Origin: a virus
Direction: 5' to 3' (one strand)
Virus record (IMG/VR): IMGVR_UViG_3300045974_000429
Span: 19,745 to 83,744 of that record
DNA: 64,000 bases
Both the position numbers and the translations under genes were made by a program. The first letter of the stretch is position 1; the number at the start of each line of letters is the position of its first letter. The notes beneath the pieces were generated by a model. It was not told where the DNA came from, made no database searches, and saw only the letters and a program-made list of their open reading frames with translations. Below, piece by piece: positions 36,999 to 45,727 of this stretch.

Positions 36999-37486
36999 GG
37001 GCCACCAGCCAGTAGGCGGTTGATCTCGCGGAGCACCTCTTCCTCCACGACGGCCGTCAGCGGGCCGACCATGTTGCCGAGGACGTGCTTGGCCGGAATG
37101 CCGCGCTTCCCGATGGCGCGCGCGATGAGGAATCCGATGCCGGCGGCCTGCTTCTTCGGGACGTGGAGCTTGCGCTGCGCCCAGCGGGCGATGACGGCTG
37201 ACGGGGGCTGGCGCGCGCCGGGGCGGCGTCCTTCCTCGATGACGGGCGCGTGCGGGGCGTCGTTGAACACGCGCGCACCCTTCGCGGTGGGCTCCGCCTT
37301 CCAGCGCATCCGGTAGGTGCCGCGGTCGAATATTTTCAGCTCCGCGGTCTTGTTCTGCATGACGACGCGGCAGCGCATCGCGCCGGAGATCATGCCGCGC
37401 TTCAGGGCCACGGGAGCCTTCTTCCCGAGCTGCCGGAGGAGGCCGGGCAGCTTGCCGGGCAATATCTTGGCGCCGAAGATGGCCAT
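36995..37486 (-). CDS. Neck/tail completion protein (HK97 gp10-like)
   Basis: DRGTYR..W; N.APHAPVIEEGRRPG..PP...I..WA.RKL; IARAI..RG. Confidence 0.75.
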   Translation of the reverse strand: MAIFGAKILPGKLPGLLRQLGKKAPVALKRGMISGAMRCRVVMQNKTAELKIFDRGTYRMRWKAEPTAKGARVFNDAPHAPVIEEGRRPGARQPPSAVIARWAQRKLHVPKKQAAGIGFLIARAIGKRGIPAKHVLGNMVGPLTAVVEEEVLREINRLLAGGP

Positions 37487-38016
37487 CAGCGCCGCACGTC
37501 CCCGCCGCGCTGGCGCTCTGCGTTCTGCTTGCGGAGCTGCACCTGCCACTGGAGCCCGCCGGCGTTGTAGTAGGGCGCGGAGGTCGGGAAGAACCGCCGC
37601 CGCTCGCCCGGAGAGCCGTCGCGCCGCGGGAAGTGGATCTCGTAGAAGAACTGCTCATCGGCGTCGATGGCCGTGCCGTCAGGGGCGATGCCGCGAAGCT
37701 GCTCCTCGGTCATGGTGCCGCTGATCTTGGACAGCAATATCTCGCCCTGCTCCGCGAGGCCCGCCGGAGAGGCGATGGCAGCTACGCCGGTCATGTCCGC
37801 GATGGCCGGAGTCGGACGCAGGAGCGTCTCCTCCACCACGACCTCCTCGCCGACGCCGCGCCGCCCACCCGTCCAGCGCGTGCGGACGAGCGAGACGGTG
37901 TAGGGCCGGAGCCCGAATTCCGTCAGGAGCGCCCGCAGCCTGTCCGCGACGGGAACGAGCCGCTGCCCCAGGCTGCGCCGCATATCCGGCGGGGATAGCG
38001 GGTCGTAGCGAGGCAC
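37486..38016 (-). CDS. Head closure/neck protein
   Basis: 176 aa; position in the neck block; W.GG.RG.G. Confidence 0.6.
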   Translation of the reverse strand: MPRYDPLSPPDMRRSLGQRLVPVADRLRALLTEFGLRPYTVSLVRTRWTGGRRGVGEEVVVEETLLRPTPAIADMTGVAAIASPAGLAEQGEILLSKISGTMTEEQLRGIAPDGTAIDADEQFFYEIHFPRRDGSPGERRRFFPTSAPYYNAGGLQWQVQLRKQNAERQRGGDVRR

Positions 38017-38020
38017 GCGC

Positions 38021-38437
38021 CTAGTTCCTCTTGATCATGGAAACGCCGCTGCCTCGGGAGTCCCCGGAGCCGCCGCGCAGCTTGTTGGAGAACCCGTAGA
38101 ACGGGACGCCGAACACGTCCGCGAGCCGGGAGGCCCAGCGGCGATATTCCTCCTCCAGCCGCTGCGTGGCATCTTCCCGAAGCGACAGCTCCTCCAGCTT
38201 TTCGGCGATGAGGTAGCTGCGCGCCTCGGACATCGCGGCCTCGCAGGCGTCCAACTCTCCCAAGATGCGCTGGACGCGCGGGACCGCGATCTCCATGAGC
38301 TGGTTCATCGCCGTCTCCAGCAGGTAGCTGGTGGCGAGCGGGCGCGGGATGCCGAATTGAACCGACGCGAGAGCGGACACCGCCGGGTAGCCCAGCGCGT
38401 ATCGGCATTTTTCGCGTTCCGTGTCAGTCAACGGCAT
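38021..38437 (-). CDS. Head-tail adaptor protein
   Basis: 138 aa; LT..E..K.RY.LGYP; downstream of the capsid. Confidence 0.65.
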   Translation of the reverse strand: MPLTDTEREKCRYALGYPAVSALASVQFGIPRPLATSYLLETAMNQLMEIAVPRVQRILGELDACEAAMSEARSYLIAEKLEELSLREDATQRLEEEYRRWASRLADVFGVPFYGFSNKLRGGSGDSRGSGVSMIKRN

Positions 38438-38469
38438 GGGTCACCCATTCGCCATTCGCGAACCGCGAA

Positions 38470-38754
38470 CTACTCGAACTCTTCCGGCGGATCGACCGGC
38501 AGCAGGTTGAGCCCCGCCTTGCGGAGATCGTGGATGCCGCGGTGCGAGTAGTGCGCCGCGTCGAGAACCTGTCCCTCGTGGAACTGGATGACGACACCGC
38601 CCACGCTCACCTTCTTGCTGGTGCCCACCTTCCAGTGGCGGTGCGGGGGCGGAGCCGCGGGAGCCGGGGCGGCCTTGGCGGCGGGCGCGGCCTTGGCGGC
38701 CGGCTTCTTCGGGTCGAACGGAGAGGGCTGGATCGCGTCCACGGGGTCGGGCAT
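38470..38754 (-). CDS. Small hypothetical protein downstream of the capsid gene
   Basis: MPDPVDAI..., AGGAG RBS. Confidence 0.6.
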   Translation of the reverse strand: MPDPVDAIQPSPFDPKKPAAKAAPAAKAAPAPAAPPPHRHWKVGTSKKVSVGGVVIQFHEGQVLDAAHYSHRGIHDLRKAGLNLLPVDPPEEFE

Positions 38755-38820
38755 CGTGTGTCTCCTGGCGAGAGGATGAAGTTTCATCCTGCTCCGCCGG
38801 CGTCCGAGCGTCAAGGACCA

Positions 38821-38860
38821 GAAAGTCACGAGGCCGGGAGGCTTTCGCCCGCCGGCCTCG
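38821..38860 (-). terminator. Putative intrinsic terminator after the major capsid gene
   Basis: CGAGGCCGG..GGC-GAAA-GCC..CCGGCCTCG followed by TGACTTTC. Confidence 0.6.
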
Positions 38861-38905
38861 CTTCCCTTCAGCCCTCGCCGGCCTCAGACCGAGAGGTGCA
38901 ATTGG

Positions 38906-40324
38906 CTAGGTGTGTTCGACGCAAACCGCGCGCTTGTGGCGGGCCGAGTCGCCGGTGGTCGCGTCCGTGCGGAAGGTCCAGCTGCCCATCCAGAGCCACG
39001 TCGAGGACACCACGTCCTGGGTGCGGTTCTGCGGGGCGCGGAGGATCAGCTTCACGCCGTCCGAGTTGATCTCGATGCCGTTGTTCGAGATGTCGAAGTC
39101 GCCGACCTTCCCGTTCAGGCCCGCCATCGTGATCATCTCGTCCTGGTTCTGGCCGAACTCCTGGAGGCCCCCCTGGCCGAGGAAGATCGGGCGGTGGACC
39201 ACGAGGCCCGAGGTCGCGCCGTTCGTGTACAGCTCGCCCGCGAACGGGTCCGCCGGCGTGTAGGTGATGCCGTCCGACGCCACCGTGAGGACGGTGGAGG
39301 GGAGCGGGTTCTCGGTGTCGGTGAAGAATACCGTGCCCTGCATCGTCCCGAGCGCCAACTCCTTGTAGAGAACGTAGTCCGGGATGGACGCGTTGAGCCG
39401 CTGGAACTCCTGGTCGGCGTACAGCTGCGTCTCCGAGGTCGGGTCCAGGTGGCAGTGGTAGTAGCCCGAGCCCGAGAACGTGGGGACGTTCATCGTGCGG
39501 AGCCGAGCCACCGCGGCGCGGATGAGGCTGGGCGTGAAGATGGAGGCCGAGCCCAGCGCGTCGAGGGTGTTGCCGGCGGCCGCCCGGACGATGGCCGAGC
39601 GGTCGGACGCGATGACGTAGGACCGCGAGGCAAACGTCACCGCGGAGTCCACCGTCAGGGTGCCGGGACCGGTTTCGTCGCCGGGGTTGTCCGCGACGAA
39701 GCCGGTCACGTTCACGCTCTGCGGCGTGCCCGTGTTGTCGATGACGACCGCCAGCGGGTTCGTGGTGCTGACCGGGTTGAACGCCACGGCGGAGCCGCCG
39801 GACGCCGCGAGGTCGGGCCGGCGAGCGCGGGTGAAGCCGTTCAGGCTCTTGACCGGAACCGAGGTCACGCCCGAGCCCGAGGAGCCCGTCTTGACCACCG
39901 TCCAGCCGGAGAGGGCGGCGTTGTACGCCTGATCGCGGGCGCCGGTGTTCAGCGAGAGCGCCGCCTGGAGGCCGAGCTGCTTGGTGTTCTCGAGGAAGAG
40001 CTTCACGATGGACGCGATGTCGGTCGGCATGTCCGTGTCGATGGTGCCGGCGTACTTCTGGATCTGCGTGGACCACTGCTCGACCGGGTAGGTCTGCGGC
40101 AGCGGGTCCGTGCCGGGAACCAGCGGCGCGACGTTGCGCGGGAGCAGGCCCTTGCCGGTGAAGTACAGCGTGTCGCCGACGTGGGTGGGGAACTCGGCCG
40201 GGATGGCCTCCCCGCGGTAGAGGAGACGCGGGAACAGCGCGTCCTTGAACTCGCGGGTGAGAAGGCCGCTCTGGACGACGGCGCGGACCGCCGGGGTCTG
40301 CACAATACTGCTGAAGGAAGGCAA
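38906..40324 (-). CDS. Major capsid protein
   Basis: 472 aa, TTG start with AAGGA RBS; GDTL.F, Q.Y.GTIDT, LG.QA..SLN, A.LR..NVP, Y.CH.DP; follows the scaffold. Confidence 0.85.
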   Translation of the reverse strand: MPSFSSIVQTPAVRAVVQSGLLTREFKDALFPRLLYRGEAIPAEFPTHVGDTLYFTGKGLLPRNVAPLVPGTDPLPQTYPVEQWSTQIQKYAGTIDTDMPTDIASIVKLFLENTKQLGLQAALSLNTGARDQAYNAALSGWTVVKTGSSGSGVTSVPVKSLNGFTRARRPDLAASGGSAVAFNPVSTTNPLAVVIDNTGTPQSVNVTGFVADNPGDETGPGTLTVDSAVTFASRSYVIASDRSAIVRAAAGNTLDALGSASIFTPSLIRAAVARLRTMNVPTFSGSGYYHCHLDPTSETQLYADQEFQRLNASIPDYVLYKELALGTMQGTVFFTDTENPLPSTVLTVASDGITYTPADPFAGELYTNGATSGLVVHRPIFLGQGGLQEFGQNQDEMITMAGLNGKVGDFDISNNGIEINSDGVKLILRAPQNRTQDVVSSTWLWMGSWTFRTDATTGDSARHKRAVCVEHT

Positions 40325-40339
40325 GGGAATATCCTTTCG

Positions 40340-41005
40340 TTAGGCCGCGCCGCGGCCGCAGGTTGAAACTACGTGAAGAAGCCGATCCACGTCAACCCCG
40401 CGCTTCGCGCCCCACGTTCGCGCATCTCGCGCGTGCTTGGATGCGTTGCAGGGATTGCACGCCGGCAAGAGGTTGCCGATCTCGTGCTTCCCGCCATTGG
40501 AAATTGGCTGGACGTGGTCGAGCGTCTTAGCTGGTGCGGCCTTGCAATAGGCGCAGAGGCCGTCGAATGCGGCAAACAAGGCGTCGAGGTAAGATTGCGG
40601 GACCTCGATCTCGCGCAGCGCGGCATTGCGGCGCCGCATCTTGGCGGCGTGCTTGTCCTTGACCGCCGCGCGCCCTCGATAGAGCGCGCGCCAAGCGTGA
40701 AGCGCGGCAGCGTGAGACTTCTGGTACTTGGCTACCTTCGCGCAGCGAGCCGCAGCGTTTCGATGATAGGCGGCGCGGGCGTAGGCCCGGACCTTCTCCG
40801 GGTTCTTTGCCTGCCAGCGCCGAGAGGCCGCATTACAAGCTTCCGGCTTTTCCGACCGGCGCAGTGCTGACGCAACAACGTCGCACGCCTTGCAGCGCGC
40901 CCGAGGCTTCCCGATGCGCCCGCGGCTCTGGTGGAGCGAATACTCGGAACGCGCCTTCGCGGCGCCGCACCCGGTACACGTTCGCATGTCGGGTGCGGCG
41001 TCCAT
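40340..41005 (-). CDS. HNH homing endonuclease (free-standing, between scaffold and capsid)
   Basis: CTGC...CKAC; CAYC...TLDHVQPISNGGKH..GNLLPACNPCNASK; AGGAG RBS. Confidence 0.9.
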   Translation of the reverse strand: MDAAPDMRTCTGCGAAKARSEYSLHQSRGRIGKPRARCKACDVVASALRRSEKPEACNAASRRWQAKNPEKVRAYARAAYHRNAAARCAKVAKYQKSHAAALHAWRALYRGRAAVKDKHAAKMRRRNAALREIEVPQSYLDALFAAFDGLCAYCKAAPAKTLDHVQPISNGGKHEIGNLLPACNPCNASKHARDARTWGAKRGVDVDRLLHVVSTCGRGAA

Positions 41006-41016
41006 CGCAGCGGCTC

Positions 41017-41952
41017 CTAGTTCTTGGGAAGCACCGGGCCACCCTGGCCGGCGCTCCGCAGGATCTCCTGGAGCGCGGCGTGCTTCTCGCGCTCGCTCAT
41101 CATGTACTTGCCCGTCTTCGGATCCACGGTCAGCGCGTTCCGCGCCGCCGGATCCTTGCCCGCGCCGGGCTGCTGGTCGGGCGGGAGCGCGGAGGCCGTG
41201 CCCGCGCGGCCAGCCGGAGTGGATTCCTGGCCGCCGGTCGTGTCCACCGCGGCGATCCGCTCGCCGAACAGGTAGGGGCGGTCGATCCGCAGCTTGGCGA
41301 GCCACGCATTCTCGTCGAACGCCTCCGCCTGCTCCGGGGTCATCCCGGCCGTCTCGCGCTCCAGGAGGCTGACCGCGTAGTCCAGGTCGCGGACGCCGCC
41401 GTTCACGAACACGCGCTCGATCTGGGCGCGAGCCTCGCGAGCCGCGATCTGCGCCTCGAACTCCCTGGCGCGCCGCTCGGCCTTCTGCCGCATCTTGCGT
41501 TCCTCCTCGACCTGCCGCGACAGCTCCCGGTCCTTCCGGGTCAGCGGCTTGGTGGGGTCGGTCGCGGGAGTCGCGGGCTCGGTCGCGGCGTCAGCCCCGG
41601 CCTTCTTCGCGGCGGCAGGAGCCTTCTCCAACCACTCCTCGTAAGTCTTGTAGCCCTTCGCCTGTGCCTTCTTGTTCAGCTCGCTCACGAACTCGTCGCG
41701 GCCGCGCCGGCGCTCCGCTTCCTTGAGCGCCTTCATCGCGCCGTTCGGGATGTAGTGGCCCGCCTTGGTCAGGTCGGGCGCCGGGTCGGTGCGGGACTGG
41801 GCTGCCGCCGAGGCCGCGTCTGCTGCGGGCTCCGCGGGCTTGGCCGCGGGAGCCGCCTGGGGCGCCGCGGGCTGGGATTGCTGCGATGTCGGGGCGGCTC
41901 CGCCGCTTCCTGCCTCCACTTCGGGGGACATCTGGATCTGGTTCTTGAGCAC
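41017..41952 (-). CDS. Capsid scaffolding protein
   Basis: 311 aa, coiled-coil, GVRDLDYA...RPYLF; upstream of the capsid gene. Confidence 0.75.
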   Translation of the reverse strand: MLKNQIQMSPEVEAGSGGAAPTSQQSQPAAPQAAPAAKPAEPAADAASAAAQSRTDPAPDLTKAGHYIPNGAMKALKEAERRRGRDEFVSELNKKAQAKGYKTYEEWLEKAPAAAKKAGADAATEPATPATDPTKPLTRKDRELSRQVEEERKMRQKAERRAREFEAQIAAREARAQIERVFVNGGVRDLDYAVSLLERETAGMTPEQAEAFDENAWLAKLRIDRPYLFGERIAAVDTTGGQESTPAGRAGTASALPPDQQPGAGKDPAARNALTVDPKTGKYMMSEREKHAALQEILRSAGQGGPVLPKN

Positions 41953-42103
41953 GGGTTCCTCGCTGTGGCCCTTGGATCGATTCCGGCCGTTTCACCGCCG
42001 CCGTCGCGTGGTGATCTTCCGGGTTTCGCTTGGGGTCCGTGGTTGGGTGATTCGGCGGGGCGCCAATTTCGGCGCCCGCCTACGGTTGAACGGCGTGAGA
42101 AGA

Positions 42104-42619
42104 CTACTCCGCGCCCATGCCGTCCTGGGTGCCCGCGAAAAGCTGGGTATCGATGTCGATGCCCTTCCAGACGCCGCCGGAAAGGTAGCTGCCCGGCTTG
42201 GCGAAGTACTCGATCACGAAGCCGGTGACCGCCGCCTGGAAGGTCAGGGTCTTGTCGTCGGTGCCGAGGAGGACGCCGTGCGCCGTGCCCGCGCCGATGG
42301 CGGTCGCGGTGCCGCCCGCGTCGATGATGATCGCCGGGCCGGCAGCCAGGGTGCCGGCGGTGACGCGGAGCGAGCGGACGAGGCCGATGGGCGGGAGGAT
42401 GCCGCTGGCGCGCACGCCGGCCGGGCCTTCGTTGATCGTGATCTTGGCCGCCGGAATCGCCGTGATGTCCGGGGTCGCCGAGGAAGTCGCCGCGGCGATG
42501 GTGGCGCGGATCTTCCGCATCGACGTGCCGATGTCGAGTTGGTTGATCGCGTTGTCGATGCGCGACGGATGCGCGTCGTCGAGCGCCTGACGGAGGGTGT
42601 ATGCGGCGGACGTGGTCAT
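42104..42619 (-). CDS. Putative head decoration/structural protein
   Basis: 171 aa, Ala/Thr/Gly-rich beta protein; AAGGAG RBS. Confidence 0.55.
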   Translation of the reverse strand: MTTSAAYTLRQALDDAHPSRIDNAINQLDIGTSMRKIRATIAAATSSATPDITAIPAAKITINEGPAGVRASGILPPIGLVRSLRVTAGTLAAGPAIIIDAGGTATAIGAGTAHGVLLGTDDKTLTFQAAVTGFVIEYFAKPGSYLSGGVWKGIDIDTQLFAGTQDGMGAE

Positions 42620-42646
42620 TTCGTGCTCCTTGCAGAAATTGCCGGG

Positions 42647-43051
42647 CTAGATTTGCCCGAGGAAGAGGTGAACGAACGTGTCATTTCCGGGCGTGCGGGT
42701 CAACGTCAGGGCCGTGATCGGGCTGACCGTGGTCGTGTGCAGCACGAACAGCGGGTCTACCGGGACGATTTGAGAAGCCCCGTCCGCCGTCGTGATGGCC
42801 GCCTTCACGCGCGGGCCGACCACCTTGATGACCACCACGTTCGCCAGCGGCGCGGACGGGTTGGTCGAGGTCGGGCCGGGAAGCTGGACGGTGGCGGCCG
42901 CGTCCGAGATCAACTCGACCACCTGGGACGACTTGACCGAGAGCGTCAGAGCCTCATTCAGCGGAACGTCGAGCGCGGCGATGCCCGACGAGAAGCCGCC
43001 CGAGATCGGGGCGACCGTGGCGTCTGCGATGAACGTGTAGGCGTCGGCCAC
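42647..43051 (-). CDS. Putative virion structural protein
   Basis: 134 aa, beta-rich; GGAG RBS. Confidence 0.55.
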   Translation of the reverse strand: MADAYTFIADATVAPISGGFSSGIAALDVPLNEALTLSVKSSQVVELISDAAATVQLPGPTSTNPSAPLANVVVIKVVGPRVKAAITTADGASQIVPVDPLFVLHTTTVSPITALTLTRTPGNDTFVHLFLGQI

Positions 43052-43076
43052 GGGTGCTCCAGGTCAGGGAGAGGAA

Positions 43077-43268
43077 CTACTCGCCCTGCCCGTTGCCGCG
43101 CAGGTTCTTGAAGGGCGTCTTCGGCTCGGCCAGCGTGGTCGCGTTGACCGCCGTGTCCGTGACCGGGATCGGCGTGCCGCGGTAGACGCCGTGCTTCTGG
43201 TCGTACGCCTTGGTCGGGTGCTCCGGGTTCTCCCGGGCCAGATCCTCGTTGCTCACGCTCTCGGGCAT
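43077..43268 (-). CDS. Small protein with C-terminal PFKNLRG motif
   Basis: 63 aa; GGAG RBS. Confidence 0.7.
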   Translation of the reverse strand: MPESVSNEDLARENPEHPTKAYDQKHGVYRGTPIPVTDTAVNATTLAEPKTPFKNLRGNGQGE

Positions 43269-43292
43269 CGTCGTTCTCCGTGTTCAGCGCGG

Positions 43293-43535
43293 CTAGCTGC
43301 CGCGCAGGTTCTTGAAGGGGTTCTCGGTCGGGCGGTGCAGGGGCGCCGCGTTGGGAAGATGGCCGGGAGTCGCCTTGTAGGTTCCGCCCGAGACGGCGAC
43401 CGGCATCGAGCCGCCGCCGATGGCGCCCTCGATGGGCGGGCTCTCGGTGAAGTTGGCTGGGTCGGTGCCCTTTTCCACGGCGAGGCTGCGGACGGTGCGG
43501 TGCGAGACGTTCACGCCCTTGTAGTTCGCGGCCAT
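43293..43535 (-). CDS. Small protein with C-terminal PFKNLRG motif
   Basis: 80 aa; start overlaps the upstream stop. Confidence 0.7.
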   Translation of the reverse strand: MAANYKGVNVSHRTVRSLAVEKGTDPANFTESPPIEGAIGGGSMPVAVSGGTYKATPGHLPNAAPLHRPTENPFKNLRGS

Positions 43536-43777
43536 CAGCGGCCCCCCTTCATGTTCTTGCCGACCTTGATGTCGGCCACGCGACCCATCGAGTCGTAGTT
43601 CTGGATCTCTCCGCCGCGGGCGGAGGCATCGGCCGGGCTGGGAACCGAGAAGCGCCCGTTGCCGGGAAAGTCCCGCTGCGCGTACCGCACGCCGGGCCGG
43701 ATCTGAGCGACCCGGTCGAACGGGAATCCGCTCGCCAGGGTCGAAACCGGCATCCCGATGTTCTTGTTCTCTGCCAC
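43535..43777 (-). CDS. Small protein (C-terminal GKNMKGG)
   Basis: 80 aa; GGAGG RBS; candidate promoter TTGACC-N18-TAGTTT at ~43798-43827. Confidence 0.7.
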   Translation of the reverse strand: MAENKNIGMPVSTLASGFPFDRVAQIRPGVRYAQRDFPGNGRFSVPSPADASARGGEIQNYDSMGRVADIKVGKNMKGGR

Positions 43778-43830
43778 GGCGAACCTCCAGGAAACTTAAA
43801 CTACAGGCGCGGAGCGCCCGCGGTCAACTA

Positions 43831-44256
43831 CTACGGCCACGCCACAAGCTTGAACTTCTTGCCGGAGGTCACCGTCACGATGGCGTTGGTGGCGTCGTGG
43901 GTGCCCTCCGTGACCGTGAACACGCCGGCGGTGGCCGGGCTAGTATCGGTTGGGATGCAGGTCACGCGGGTCGGAATGATACCCATGCCGTGGGCGATGC
44001 TCTGCGGCGAGCCCGTGCCTGTCTGCTCGGTGGAGATGAACTCGTCCAGGTTGGAGCCGCGCGAGCGGGCGGAGGACTGCCCGTCCGGGGCGACCGAGAT
44101 CGAGATGCCGTCTCCGGGAACCGCGGAGAGCAGCGCGGCGACGTTCGCGACGGTGTCGTTGATCACCACGCCCGAAGAGTTCTTGACGTTGCCGCCCCCG
44201 TAGATGCCTGGAATGGGCAGCGGGCCCCCGGAGTTGTTCCAGACCAGGGTCGCCAT
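43831..44256 (-). CDS. Putative virion structural protein
   Basis: 141 aa; QSIAHG.G..P motif seen in fiber/decoration domains. Confidence 0.6.
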   Translation of the reverse strand: MATLVWNNSGGPLPIPGIYGGGNVKNSSGVVINDTVANVAALLSAVPGDGISISVAPDGQSSARSRGSNLDEFISTEQTGTGSPQSIAHGMGIIPTRVTCIPTDTSPATAGVFTVTEGTHDATNAIVTVTSGKKFKLVAWP

Positions 44257-44259
44257 GAG

Positions 44260-44490
44260 CTAGCCCTTCCCGGCATGGCGGCAGCCGCTCGGGGTGCAGT
44301 TCAGGCAGCCCTTCGCCCCGATCTGCACACCGCGCGGAGCGTGTCCGGCCGCCTGCCGATCTTTCTCCGCGTGGAGGGCGGAGGCTGGGGCGGGCGTGCC
44401 GTGGGAGTTGTGCAGCTTCTCGTTGTGCGAAGCCTGAGCCTCGCCGTGGTTCCCGCCGAAAGCCTGCGGATGGTCGTGCGCGCCGATCAT
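44260..44490 (-). CDS. His-rich small protein
   Basis: 76 aa, tightly packed with neighbours. Confidence 0.55.
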   Translation of the reverse strand: MIGAHDHPQAFGGNHGEAQASHNEKLHNSHGTPAPASALHAEKDRQAAGHAPRGVQIGAKGCLNCTPSGCRHAGKG

Positions 44491-44493
44491 GTC

Positions 44494-45066
44494 CTACTCC
44501 TCCGCGCCGGAGTGCGGGAAGGCAGGCTCGTTGCCATCCTCGTCCTCGTCGCCGTCCGGCTCGGCGTGGTCGCCGGGGATGGCGTCCTCGTCCTCGTCGC
44601 CTTCCTCGCCGTCCTCCTCGTCCATGTCGTCATCCTGCTCGGCGCCCTTGGAGGCGTCCACCTTGCCGCCGAGGGCTTGGTAGGTGGCGGCGACGACCAG
44701 CCACGGATCGGGCAGGCCCTTGCCGGCGGCGTGCGGCTCGACCGCGGACTCCGCCTGCTCCCAGGTTGGCTCGTCCACGGCCCAGGCCGGATAGCCGTCC
44801 GTCTCCGCGTCGAACTTCTTCATCAGCATCACAATCTGGTGGTCCACCTTGCCGGCGCGGACGCGAGCGGCGCACTGGGCCGCCACCTTCTTCGGATCTT
44901 GCTCCTCCTCGCCGTCCTCCTCGCCGGGCTTGGCCGCCTCGGCCTCCTCGTGCTCGGCCGGGTCGTTGTGGGGCGACATCCCGTCCGGCTGGGCGTGCGG
45001 GTCGTCGAGCTGCGGCTTGGCGGCCAGCTTCTTCTTGCTGGCGGCTGCGAAGTTGGCGATGTTCAC
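44494..45066 (-). CDS. Acidic hypothetical protein (possible internal head protein)
   Basis: 190 aa; PAWAVDEPTWEQA...W.VV..TY..LGG core with Asp/Glu tail; AGGAG RBS. Confidence 0.65.
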   Translation of the reverse strand: MNIANFAAASKKKLAAKPQLDDPHAQPDGMSPHNDPAEHEEAEAAKPGEEDGEEEQDPKKVAAQCAARVRAGKVDHQIVMLMKKFDAETDGYPAWAVDEPTWEQAESAVEPHAAGKGLPDPWLVVAATYQALGGKVDASKGAEQDDDMDEEDGEEGDEDEDAIPGDHAEPDGDEDEDGNEPAFPHSGAEE

Positions 45067-45361
45067 GAGAAGCTCCTGAGCGTGGCAGGCGGAAACCCTG
45101 GCGAGGTCCTCGCACCTTGCTACGCTCGGGCCGCGCCGTCAATAGGTTGGAGGCGGCTCCAACTCCAGCAGATCGCCCGCCGGACTCGGGCGGGTTCGCT
45201 TCGCCCACCACCCGCGCAGCCGCCAGCCGAAGATAATTCCGGCGGCGAACGCGGGCAGGAGGAGCCCGAAGAACTCCCGGTTGGTGGCGTTCACGCCTTA
45301 TCCTTGATCAGCATGCATCCGAAGGCAATGATCAGCATGGCGCACATGAGCACGAAGTCGA

Positions 45362-45727
45362 TCATCTGGAAGCTCCACGGATCTTGTCCACGAACTCTCT
45401 GAAAGGCGCCCGCCAGCTCTCTGGAAGTTCCCGCGCGAGGCGCGCCCACCAGCGAAGTACAACCGGCGGCATGGGTTCGCGGGGCGGACGCACCCGGTAG
45501 TAATATTTCCCCTTCCAGATCACGCGCAGCCGGAGGCCGGAAATGCTTTCGCCCCACTCCGGCTCCAGGTCGAGGGAGAGCGCGACGCGAGCTAGGTCCG
45601 CCTCGGTGTCGCAGGCGTAGGCCAGCGTGGTGATCTCCGCGGCGAGCAGCCGCTCATCCACGGAGGCCGTCTGGAGCCACGCGGAGGTCGCGCGAGCGTG
45701 CGGAGACAACCAGGGTTGCCGGATCAT
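45362..45727 (-). CDS. Hypothetical protein
   Basis: MIRQPWL...; ATGA coupling; followed by coupled membrane mini-ORFs at 45291-45365 and ~45139-45294. Confidence 0.55.
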   Translation of the reverse strand: MIRQPWLSPHARATSAWLQTASVDERLLAAEITTLAYACDTEADLARVALSLDLEPEWGESISGLRLRVIWKGKYYYRVRPPREPMPPVVLRWWARLARELPESWRAPFREFVDKIRGASR

